A stretch of DNA of 64,000 nucleotides, from assembly GCA_050084985.1 (NCBI GenBank), contig JBITNC010000001.1:72478001-72542000 (forward strand), read 5' to 3'. The notes under the pieces are model-generated. The model searched no databases. It saw only the letters and a program-made list of their open reading frames with translations, and was not told where the DNA came from. Source of the DNA: Nageia nagi (taxonomy: Eukaryota > Plantae > Pinophyta). Made by a program: the position numbers and the translations under genes. Below are positions 51,960-64,000 of the stretch, one piece after another. Position 1 is the stretch's first letter. Each line of letters opens with the position of its first letter.

Positions 51960-54900
51960 TGTCTAATCTAAAGAAAGCTCAAATATCCAAGTTTAATGAA
52001 AATCATGAAGGTGAGCATGTAGAAGTATGGTTATAGGAGGCTAAAACATACTTCTCAATGAAAAATCTATTACCAAAAACCAAGACCATTTGGGCTACCT
52101 ACAACTTTCAAGATGTTGCTCTATAATGGTGGAATGCATACAAGATTGAACATGGGATCCAATACCTAAAGTGGTCAAAATTTACTGTAGCATTTTGAAA
52201 AAGATTCATTCCTTATGTATATTATGATAAAAAGTATGAAGAGTACTATACTATTTCGTAAGGGTCTATGAGTGTCTAAATTTATCACCAAATATTTGTT
52301 AAACTTCTTAAGTACATCCCAAAAAATTAGAATCATCTAAAGGTGCATCTATTCCTTATAGGGTTAGATCCCAAGATTAAAATTGTAGTAAATGTCTTAA
52401 ATCCCAAGACACTTGAAGAAGCTTATGATCTAGCAAAAAGGAAAGAAAATAACTTAGAAATCAAAAATACATTTGTAAACTACAAACTTCTAGATGAAAA
52501 AGATAAGGAAATCCACCGAAAGAATCATAGTGTAGAGCATCAAGTAGAACAGATAAGCAATAAGAAAAATAATCATGATTTCTAGGAAAAAAATCACTCC
52601 AAATTTGAGAAAATACCATTTGGGAACAAAAGCTTTAAGAAGAAGAATTTTCATAGGAAGAATAAATAAATTCATAAACAACAATAGATTCTTAGAAATG
52701 AAAAGCTAAGAGGCAATCAAAATACACTAAGAGATAAGTTTCCTTAATATAAGGAAGCTCCTTGAGATGGGTGTTGGAACTATGGTGGAGCTCATTATGC
52801 AAATCGATGTCGCTTGAAGATAGAACCACCCAGAGAACATTGAATCTTTGCAACCATCAAAGTAGGACAACTTCGAGGACAAGTGACACCCCTTTAGATC
52901 TTGAGTAAATTTTTGGCAAAATATTTAAAAGTTTTGATAGATTATGGTGCAATGAATAGTTTCATTTCAAATTATTTAGTTAAAGACATAATTAAGGCAA
53001 CAAAAATTTTGATAAAAAAGGCAGTAAGAAAAGTTTGGATTAGTCTAGAAATACCCTGTTAGATAATGTTTTAGGGATGTTGAACTAGAATTACCTAAGG
53101 GATTCATAGTGTGGGATTTATATATGGTTCCCATAGCTTCTTATGATATTATTTTAGGTATGGATTAGTTAATATATCATAAAGCTTTGATTGAGTTTTA
53201 GAAGAGATGGGTAGAATACATCAATGTATTTCAAAATCAATACAGGGTGTTCAGTGATCAAGGACCATTTGAACCCTACTTGATCACATCCATGCAAATG
53301 AAATTAAATATTAGAAAAAGGGAAATGATATTTGTAGTTAAGGTCAAACAAGTGGTAGAAGAGGATAAATATATAGAAATGTTAAATAAGTATCCAGTGT
53401 TGAGAGAATATAAGGATGTATTTTCAAAGGAACTACTAGGTCTACCCCTAAAATGAGAATTTGACTTCTCGATAGATCTAGTGCTAGGAGATGAGCCTCT
53501 CTCTAGAATCCTTATAAAATGAACACAATTGATATGCAAAAGTTAAAAGTATGGTTACAAGATTTTTGAAGAAAGAGTTGATAAAGTCCTAGTGTATCAT
53601 CCTGGGGAGCTCCTATATTATTTATAAAAAGAAGGATGGAACATTGAGATTTGTATTGAATATAAGATGTTGAATAAGGTCACCATAAGAATAGATATCC
53701 TCTACCTAGAATTGATAACTTGTTAACAAATTAAAGATGTTGCTATCTTTTATATATAGAATTCAAATCAGGTTACCACTAGTTGAGAATAAAAGAATCA
53801 GATGCCCATAAAATAACATTCAAGACTTGGTATGGACATTGTGAATTTGTGATCTTATTATTTGGGATAACGAATGCTCCTGCAACATTCATGAATTTCA
53901 TGAACAATGTTTATTGATAATACTTAGTCAAATTTGTGCTAGTCATTTTAAATGATATTCTCATATAGTCAAGAAATGAGGAGAAGCATAACCATCATTT
54001 GAGATTAGTCTTAGAGGTTTTGAGATGAAATCAACTATATGGTAAATTTCTAAGTGTGATTTCTATGTTTTCCATATTCAATACTTAGGTTGTATTATTT
54101 CTATTGAAGGGATCTTAGTTGATCCTAAAAAGGTTGAAGCAATAATGAGTTGGCTTGCGCCAAAAATGTGATTGAGGCAAGAATTTCATGGGATTAGCTA
54201 GATTTTATAGAATATTTGTTAAGAAATTTTCAAAGATAGCCAATTCTATCACCATCCTACAAAATAAAAACAAATTGTCTAAGTGGACTGAGAAGTGTGA
54301 AAAAGCTTTCGTAACCTGGAAAAAAAACTTACCTCTACACTAGTTCTTACTATCCTTAACCCCCATGATGACTTTGTAGTATGTATAGATGCATCATTAG
54401 AGGGTTTGGGTGGAGTAATTTCATAAAATGAAAATTGTAGCATATGAATCTAAAAAGTTAAAGCCACATGAGTTGAATTATGCTACACATGATCTTGAGC
54501 TAGCATTTGTAGTGCATGTACTTAAGATGTGGAGGTATTACTTGTTAGAAAAACCTTTCAAATTGGAAATAGATCATTAAAACTTGAAGTACTTGTTCAC
54601 TTAGCTTGAATTAAATGCTAGGAAAAGTAATGAATGGAATTCCTCATAGAATATGATTTTTGTATTGATTATATCAAGAGTAAAGAAAAAAAATGGTAGA
54701 TGAATTAAGTCAGAAAGACATGTAAATTCCATGAAAAAGCTAGTTTGACTTGTTTGATCAAGTGAGAAGCTTACAACAAGAGGATCCATATTGTAAATCC
54801 ATTAGGGAAATGATAAAGAAAGGTAATCCTTATCTCTAGGAATTTGCTGAAAAAGATAGAATTTTGTATTTTAGAGACAAATTAGTCATCCCAAAAAAAG

Positions 54901-56150
54901 GAGATTGAGAAATTTAATCTTGCAAGAAATCCATCATCTTCCATATGTCACACATCCAAGAGGTACGAAGATGAGAGAAGACTTGAAACAAAAATTCTAT
55001 TGAAATGGAATGAAGAAGATATAGCAAGTTTGTGACAAGATTCTTGGAATGTCAAAAAGTGAAAGTAGAACATCACCATCCAAGTGGATATATGTATCCC
55101 ATGATATTCTAACACAAAAATGGCAAGTGATTTCAATGGATTTTATAGTTGGTTTTCTAAAAATTGATATTTCATCATGACTCTATATTGGTTGTGATTT
55201 ATAAGTTAACCAAGGTTGCTCATTGTGTACTTGATAACAACACAAATGATGCTCTTGTAGTAGATAATAGTTTGCATATGAAATCTTCAGACTACATGAA
55301 TTTTTTGAAGTGATAATCTTAGATAGGAATTCTAAATTCACTTCCATATTTTGGAAATCAATACATAAGGCATTGGGTACAAAGTTTAATATGACTCAAC
55401 TTATCATATTGAGATAGATGGGAAGATAAAACATGTAAAAAAGTTCTCAAGGATATTATTAGAATGTATTGCATGGAACAAAAGACCAAATGGGAAGATT
55501 ATTTGGTTGATTTTGCATACAATAATGGCTATCATTCATCTTTAAGAATGGCTCCTTTTGAAGCATTGTATGGAAGGAAATGCATAACTCCTTTGATTGG
55601 TATAATCAAGAGGATTGGGTGATGATCTAAGTGAAAATGTTAAAGCAAATGGAAGATCAACTCGAGTCTATTCAATGAAAGTTGAAGGAAGATGCTAATC
55701 AACAAAAGAGTTATGCCTATCTTAAGAGAACTTCTCGAGAATTTGCTATAGGTGATAAGGTATTTTTACAAGTCCAACCCATGAAAAGTGCCATAAAGTC
55801 AACTAAGTTAATATTTAATTTGTTGGTCTTTTTGAAATTGTGAAAAAGAAGAATCCAGTAGCCTACAAAGTTGCCTTGCCACCAAGTTTGTCCAAAATAC
55901 ATGATGTGTTTCATGTCTCCTTGTTATGAAAGTATGTTGTTGACCCTTCTCATGTTTTAGATTTCTCTAATTTGTAAATGCTAGAGTCTCATGCAATTGA
56001 AATACTCCATGTCAAGATCTTAACTTTTAGGACTAGAAAGTAAAAAATAAAGAAATTAATGAATGTTTAGTCTAATGGGAGAAGTATTTTGAATCTTTCA
56101 CATGGGAAGATACAACTATTACAAAAGATAATTCCCATATTTGTTTGACC
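51960..56150 (+). pseudogene. gag-pol (gag, protease, RT, RNase H, integrase, chromodomain), heavily disabled
   Basis: Gag helical region and knuckle remnant; VLIDYGAMNSFIS; SVSSWGAP, NRYPLPRID, FGITNAPATFM, NDILI; DASLEGLG, YATHDLEL; ISMDFIVG, DRNSKFTS, APFEALYGR; IHDVFHVSLL, TWE…FPYLF. Confidence 0.92.
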
Positions 56151-57164
56151 TTGAGTATTATTAAGGATTTGAATAGATTATGTTTGAATAATGATATGGT
56201 AATGATAAGTTTAATAAGGGAATATATATCATTTGTGAAAATTTGATGTTGGCTTCAAGATATTTTGACATAGGTCACCTCAATATGGAGAAGCAATCCA
56301 AATACTCTAAGGACCAAAAGTGAATTGGTGATAAGAAGTAAGAGTAAGAGGAGGAAATGATTGGTGTTGAATCATTGACACACTCTATTACCATAATAAA
56401 TCATGTAGTTGCATGTAGAGTAATTGCTATGAATATCAATTTCTGGATGAAATTATATTTCCCAATGTGTGTGGATTAATCTTGCCTTGTAGGACAAGGC
56501 AAGCATCATAGGTAAAGGTGTGTTTCCTTTGTTTTATGTTTTTGAAATTCAAATTTGAAATGGAGGGGAAAAGGAATATGTACTATTTAAATCTAAAAAT
56601 TTATATAAGTTAAAAAAGTAAATTTAATAAAAATTAATTAATTAAAATGAGTGCCCATACCATTGCCACATGGGGTTAATAGTAAAAACACTATTGGAAT
56701 AAGACTAAGGTTACCTTATGGTGTTACAAGATATTTAATGGGTAGGAAAATAATGAAGTAATTGCCCTAATTAGTTTTTTTTCTTATGTTAGGTATGGAT
56801 AATAGTTTTCACTAATTTGTTAGTTAATAAAAAATATCCTAAGGTATTTAATACCCTTTCAATCATCAACAACTTTAAGCAAACCTATCTCAAAAATTAT
56901 TAAATGTGTGAGGAGACATCCATTTGGACACATTTCGACCTCTTTGAACATAAATAAAGAGATGAAACCTTAATTAAAATACCTACCTATCTATTTTTTA
57001 TTATTTTATTTTTGTTATTCTCAAGTTTGGTGTAGAGTTACATGAAGAAAAGATGTCTCTCTTCCCTCTTCAAGTCAAGGTGCATTTCTTTACATTTTTT
57101 TTGCCTAATTAAAGTATTCCTAGTTTGAGGTATTTAGTGAGTTTTATGAAAGTAAATAAGTGTG

Positions 57165-57955
57165 ATTTTTTTTGTTATTCTCCCTGTATTTAGATGTAGG
57201 AGTGAAAAATTTTATATACAAATTATATTATGTATTCTATGATATTTTAAGGAGACTAGTCAAATATTTCTCCTTATGCTTTTAGCTAGAGTTTAATGAA
57301 TTTATTTTGATATGAATTTTATTAAAATTTTAATATGATATTTATCATAATGTTTGATAAAGTTTCATAGAATTAATTATTGTTAAAGTGTTGTACCATT
57401 TGAAGAGACATAGTGGTTATTTTATTCAAAGGTTGGTACCATGTCTTTTTCTTTAAAAAGTAAAGAATGGGATTTTCTTTTGTTATTCTTCCTTTATATA
57501 GATGTAGGAGTGAAAAATTTCATGTACAAATTGTATTATGTATTTTATGATATTTTAAGGAGACTAGTCAAATATTTCTCCTTATGCCTTTAGCTAGAGT
57601 TTAATGAATTTATTTTGACATAAATTTTATTAAAATCCTAATATGATGTATAACATAATGTTTGATAAAGTTTTATAGAATTCATTGTTGTACCATTTGA
57701 AGAGACATAATGGTTATTTTATTTAAAGGTTGGTACCATGTCTTTTTCTTTAAAGAGTGAAGTGAGATTTTTTTTGTTATTCTCCCTTTATTTAGATGTA
57801 GGAGTGGAAAATTTCACACATAAATTGTATTATGTATTTTATAATATTTTAAGGAGACTAGTCAAATATTTCTCCTTATGCTTTTAACTAGAGTTTAATG
57901 AATTTATTCTAAAATAAATTTTATTAAAGTCGTAATATGATGTTTATCATTTTTG
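57165..57955 (+). repeat. ~300-bp tandem unit in the LTR (3 copies here; 2 copies at ~48765-49225 in the 5' LTR)
   Basis: Repeating ttattctcc…gatgtaggagtg…ggagactagtcaaatatttc…tagagtttaat. Confidence 0.9.
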
Positions 57956-60900
57956 TAAAGAAATATTGTTAAATTCATGTGAAAGTGGGAAAAGATGAAT
58001 TACTAAAAAATATCTTTGCTTGTTATTATCTAAGTTTGTCAATTAAACTAATTAGTATCTAATGAGATGATAAGTTATGTTTAATATTTTTAATAAGTAA
58101 TTCAAGAACTCTTTAGAATCTTGTATTAAATAAACTATGGTCTTGAGATTATGATATTGGTATAATATTTAGTAAAATAATTCATATTTTACTAATTGTG
58201 TAAATTAATTATTAAGGTATCCAAGACCTTATTATGAATGATTTAATTATTTAAAATGGATTAATTATAGGGTAAATAAATAACAGATTAATGTACATTG
58301 ACCAAGGAAAGGAGATAATTTCTCTTGAGGTCTATAGTTAAATTCATTTGCATAATGGTCAAATTTTAAAAGGGTTATCCTGATCCTCCTCCCTCTTAGT
58401 ACTCGATCCACCTACCAAGATCCAAGGAGATGTTCAATCCTCATTGCATGAAGATCGATGGAGATGTTCAACGATTAATACAACAATCAAAACCATATGA
58501 TATGAAAAAATTTTAATTACAAACTCATTAGATATAAAATAGTATGATTTATCAAAAAGATCCCATTAGTGATTAAATGGGTTGTATTATATTTGAATTT
58601 CCTTTGTATAAATGCATGATTTCTACTTGTAATAAATTATGAAAACTTCAAAGTTTATGAAAGTAAATGTTATTCATATGTTTCATAGATGGATTATATT
58701 AGGTATTAATTAATGAATCTTTAGATTACTTTTTATTTATATGAGTTTTAAAAAATTTTATCATTGTGATTTAATGAAATTTTTTTAATTATAGTTATCA
58801 AATACTACAATTAGTATTGATTATATGGATTACTAGGAGTAGGAATTACTATTTTTTTATGAAAATAATTAATGGGTATTATAAATTAATGAAGTAAATG
58901 ATTTTGAAAAAAACTCCTAAATAAGTAGATTGATTAGAAAATAATTCTAAATTAGAATTATGATTCTGAAAGATAATTTAGGAGCATTTATGATATTTTA
59001 AGGACTCTTGGGATTAAATTGAGTACAAATGGGATCTAATGGGATTAAAAGGGTCGTTGAGATTCTTTGGGATGAATGTAAGAAAATGGTGGAGAACATT
59101 ATCAAGTAAACCTACCCTACCAAATGATAAATAAAAAAATATTCTTTGTGTGAGGACCACTTAGCATCGCATTACTTTTATAGCAATAGTGGCTAGATAT
59201 TGCCTCACAACTTACTACTTTACATATGCACAAGGACTTTAAAAAGTAGATTCATATACATAATACAATATGTATGGGATAAATAGAATTATGTGACTTA
59301 TTAAGTAAGCCTATAATTGAACTTCCAAGGTACACCTTGTGAGCAAAGAAAAATAGTGTTAAACCCTAGAGCTTGAATTGAGCATGTTATCTTGTACCCT
59401 CTTCATTATTTGGTAACATTAGTTTATGGTTAGTAGGCAATGGTGGTTCTTTTTGTCAACACATTTAATAATAAATTAGACTAAATAACCATTGAGGATA
59501 TATTTAATATCCATGGCTCCCTAAGTTATGGGCACAAGGATACTAGACCACATGGTGGGTCTAGCTAAAAGTTATGAGTAGGATAATGACTTATATCCTT
59601 CAATAGGTGAGTCAAGTGGAGATAGTAATAAAAAAAACTACTATTATCAGGTGAGGGTAACTAGTAGTCATACCATTTGCAATTAGTAGATAGGGGTATC
59701 ATGATTATTCCATAAGCGATGCTACCTACTCATATGGAAGTTTCCTTAGGAAAAACTATTTGCTCCTATGAGATAGAGAGTTATCATCAGGTGATGATGC
59801 TAACTTAGTCAAAGTGTGATCTCTAGGTGGTATGGACCTTGAGTAGAAAACCACTACATCATGACCAAAAAGCCTATTGCACACGGTAATGAATAAGAAT
59901 GGTGAGGTTACCTTTGAGACATCTTTTCAATAGGGTAAGTGTTGAAGAGTGAACACCAAAAATCTTTTCAAGGTTGGTTACCCTAGGTTCTTAACCAATC
60001 TTTCCATTTGAGTCTTAAACTAGCTAGCAACATTATTAAACTCATGTGGGATCACCTAGTTTATTTCTAGAATATTGAGTGTTAAGTAAAAAATAAAAAG
60101 ATCCAAAATTTAGGTATTTAAAGAAATAAGTAGATACATTATAGAGTATTATGATCTAAAAAAATATCATCAATGAATCTTCTTCAATAAAATTTGTTAT
60201 CAGTAGCTTCAACTCTTTCAACAAAACTCTCTAGTAGGATAGAGAGATCTCTAACTCATTGGTAATTCTTACCTAGGATCTAGGGTAAGATCTTAGCTCT
60301 TTAACTCATACTTGAAATCATCCATGAATGATTCCCTTGATTATAATAGGATGGTAAGAATCAAGGCTCTAATACCATTATGGTGAGCCATTCTAGGGCT
60401 CACTCCTTAAATGTGTCCTAGGAGTGGATGCTTGGCTTTTATCTCCAAAATTGACTTCAAACACACTCAATCATTCAAAAATATCCAACCACTTATAGGA
60501 AAGGAAAATATGATTTTGTACTTGAAAAAATACCTTCAAAACCCCAACATCTATCTATGATAAGTAATATGAAAATAAAAAAAGCAAATGCCTTAGTATT
60601 CCAATGAATCAATCAAGGAGAAATAATAGTAATGTAAACAATGCAAACACCACTTCAGATCTAACATACAAGCAACAAGAAGACATAAAAATATATTGAT
60701 AGAAAATATAATTTTATTGATTATATAATGGAAGAAGTATAATTACAAATATTTATGTCTACTTAAGAGCTTGTACCAAGACTTCCTCCAATAGGTTATG
60801 TTGGATGGCTCAAGGGGCTCACTATTCCTAGAAGCAATGAGCACAGACCAAGTATCGTTTGTAGTAACTATGATGAAACCAATAATGTTCCTCTCAATAT

Positions 60901-61794
60901 GGCTTGAATAAGTTGAGGTTAGCCTCTTATCACCTCAATACCTCAAATGCATATTTCCTTGCAAGTGGAAAAGTAGAGCTTCCACTCAATATGAAAAGGA
61001 GTTTAATAATAATAATAATTAGCATATATCATAATGAATATGAATCCTTTTATATGAAAGGATGATCATATCTAATATTTCATTAAGATGATCCAATGGT
61101 GGAGAGATGTGATCCATGTGCTCATATATGTAACATGCAAGATGAGAAGCCTTGGGATGGATGAAATCATATCTAAGGGATAGGAATGCCAACTTATAGA
61201 GGGGTTGATGCTGGAGCACCTTTGATCAATACCATAGGTCCAAGTGCCAAGGAGGACCAATGTGGGATCTTGGGATGGTCACATGCCCAACATCCATGCT
61301 AAGGATTCTTCCACTTGCCTCATGATTACCAACACCATAGTTTGAAATGCATGCCAAAACTTGGAGCTTCAAATGACCTTATAGTTAATGCAATTACCTA
61401 GGGGGATTCTCTACCCTAAAGAGGGGAGCACTAATGAATACAAATACCTTAAATGTTAATATTACAATCATTAAGGCTAAAATATGTAACACATCATTTA
61501 AGGAGAATAATATTATATTTACAAATATAATTACATTAGCATTAAAATACATTATTATTGGGATTAGTAATTAACTAAATACAAAAATAAATAAATAAAA
61601 GGGCCATTTATTTCATAATTAGAACTTTTCTAAATCTCTAAGTGGAATTTATATCATTTTGACCAATTTCTACCAAATTATACAAAATCACACCTCAATT
61701 AATTTTTCCATTTATCAGAGGTGAAATGGATAAAACACCTAAAAAATGGGAACATTACATGAAATCAAAGGGAATAAACCTACAAAAATATTAC

Positions 61795-63562
61795 TATAAG
61801 AATGAACCAAAAATTTCAAAATAGATTAATGAGTCAACTATTACAATCTTGAATAAGGATATTTAAAGAAACACAAAAGTGGTTATCTAATTCACCATAA
61901 ATATAACAACTACTTACAAAAGTGGTTATCTAACTGACACCATAAATATAGTAATTGCCTACAAAAGTGGTTATCTAATGACACCATAAATATATAAACT
62001 ACCTAACTAACAACCATGATGCTAAATAAGTCAAGATGCTAACCACTCTATGACACATGTCAAATATTCTTAAAATCATATGACACCTAATGATATGTGG
62101 AATTTCTTCCACTTAGAAACTTATAAATATAAAATATAAAGATACTTTTCTTCACCTACATGCTAGTGACACCTATAACTAATGATATTAAAATGAACCT
62201 TATAAAGATTAGGTTTCCAACATTCCCCATTTAATTTGAAAGGGATTAACAAAGAAATGAAAAAAAAAGATGTTCCTTAAGGTATATAGAACATTCTTCA
62301 CTAAAAAAAAATATGCAATCTCTTTAAAATATCCACCTCAAGGATTAAGCCCAATATTTCCCTCTTAATCCAAATAGGTAAAAATACCACAACAAAAGTC
62401 TTTTCACAAGAGCATAGAAAAAAATTGTCTCCATCCAAACAAGAAGAATAGTAGATGAAGTATGAGAATAAAAAGTGCAAAAAGTCTCCTCCAAAAAGCA
62501 TGAAGAAAGTATTTTATTCAACATAAGTGATTCAAAGGAAGATGAAAGTTATATAAGTATAAAACTTGAACCAATCACCAACAAATCTCTCTCAAATGAA
62601 GAGAAACAAGGTGTGAAGAATAAATTCTCCACTATGAATCCAACAAAGATGTGATCAAAGAAACAATACTAAGCCTCCCACACATACATTCTCACATAAG
62701 ATGTGATCTCCCACATTTGTACCATATATTCGATCTTTACACTTGTTTCAAATCTCATTAAATATGTCAAACCATAGGAGTATAAACAAAAGTTACCTCA
62801 ACAACCAAATTTATCCACACATGAAATCATGAAGAAAGATGTTTAGGAATCAAAGTTTCTCCACCTATATTTATTCATGTTTTTTTTTGTATATTTCTTC
62901 ACAAATTTAGAATGAAACTATCAACTCTACTACAAGGAAAGAGGCAAATCTATAGCTTGGATTGAGATGGTATTGCTATCAAAATATTAGCCATAAAAAT
63001 GAACCCAATATTTACCATAAAAATTACAATCAATAGAAATAACAACAACAATTTCATATTAGAATAAAAATAATGATTAAAAAAATATGACTCTAAAATG
63101 GAATTTCTTCTTCCTTTCTCTGATACCAATGTAAGAATGGATCAAAAATTCTAAAATAGATTAATGAGTCAACTATTAAAATATTGAAGAATATATTTAA
63201 AGAACCACAAAAGTGGTTATCTAATAGACACCATAAATATAACAACTACCTACAAAAGTAGTTATCTAATTGACACCATAAATATAGAAACTACCTACAA
63301 AAGTGGTTATCTAACCAACATCATAAATATAATAACTACTAACTAACAACTATGATGCTGAGTAAGTCAGATGCTAAATAATCTATGACACATGTCAAAT
63401 ATTCTTAAGATCCTATGACACCTAATGACACATGGAATTTCTTCCCTTTACAAACTTATAAATATAAAAATAAGTATGCTTTCCTCTAACCTACATGCTA
63501 ATGACACTTATAACTAATGATATTAAAATGAACCTTAATTCCTAAGGATTAGGTTTCCAAAA
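61795..63562 (-). mobile_element. TRIM-like non-coding LTR element related to 22480-24282
   Basis: LTRs 61795-62222 and 63130-63562, each with three ~39-bp caaaagtggttatctaa…accataaatata units; PBS tctctgatacca 63117-63128; LTR start TGTTGGAAACCTAATC shared with the 22480 TRIM; ~900 bp interior without coding motifs. Confidence 0.85.
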
Positions 63563-64000
63563 CTTAGTATCAATTTTCCTTATTACTTTAATTTTGTAAG
63601 TTTTATTTATGTCAATAGAATAAAGAAAAGGTTTTGCACATTCTAATATTGAATTTTTTGGTACTATTTCATTGGGTATACATTATGCCTCATATGCCCA
63701 AATGACAAGTAATATGACAATGATATTAAAATGATGAATAGTTGAAGTAATAATTTTAATTATAGAGTACATATGAGATTTATGATAAAATAAAGCAAAA
63801 AAAAGATAGTAGTCCCATGTTTAGAATTTGACAACAAAAAACATAATAAACAATGCTTGGTATATGATTTTTAAGTTATTAATTCCAAAAAAAGTCTTGA
63901 ATTTTTTTAATGAATGGACTTTGTAAAGTAGGGTTTTTGGAGGATTTTATGATCATTTGTATATTTGAAGGCTAATATCAATATTGATAATAACTAAGTT

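Larger units (their letters stand above)
47723..60143 (+). mobile_element. Full-length decayed Tekay/Del-like chromovirus
   Basis: 5' LTR 47723-51405; PBS TGGTATCAGAGC 51407-51418; 3' LTR ~56143-60143; TSD GAGCA/GAGTA (47718-47722 and 60144-60148). Confidence 0.93.
43013..61759 (-). mobile_element. Old non-autonomous gypsy LTR element hosting a nested chromovirus
   Basis: LTRs 43013-44401 and 60379-61759 (clearly diverged); TSD TGAAA (43008-43012 and 61760-61764); PBS gctctaatacca 60366-60377; PPT agtctgccctcctc 44402-44415. Confidence 0.92.

Noticed and set aside
61870-62010. ~39-bp regularly spaced repeats (also 63205-63340 and 26610-26740) superficially CRISPR-like
   Set aside because: These are whole-unit tandem repeats without unique spacers, inside plant LTRs, with no cas genes.

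Overview
Eukaryotic, AT-rich, transposon-saturated plant genomic DNA. It looks gymnosperm-like, which is inferred from the giant intron and the element types. The only host gene is the 3' end of gamma-tubulin complex component 4 (GCP4, + strand; last two coding exons at 31094-31216 and 31357-31419). No upstream exon was found, so the first ~31 kb appear to be one giant intron filled with nested LTR retrotransposons, solo LTRs, a hAT transposon, hAT MITEs, a TRIM and a truncated L1. Downstream are decayed LINEs, a Tekay-like chromovirus nested in a non-autonomous LTR element, and a second TRIM-like element. The standout is a young, structurally complete, non-autonomous Ty3/gypsy element (5255-11298, - strand; paired LTRs, AAAAG TSD, tRNA-Met PBS, PPT). 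At the gag start position it carries an intronless copy of the N-terminal HEAT domain of the cohesin regulator PDS5, fused in frame across a single stop codon to a retroviral protease remnant. The disrupted ORF chain continues to the pol C-terminal tail. A solo LTR of the same family (27015-27743) and a relative with a homologous leader but a non-PDS5 ORF start (1-1967) lie in the same window. All protein identifications are by recall of family motifs, not database searches.
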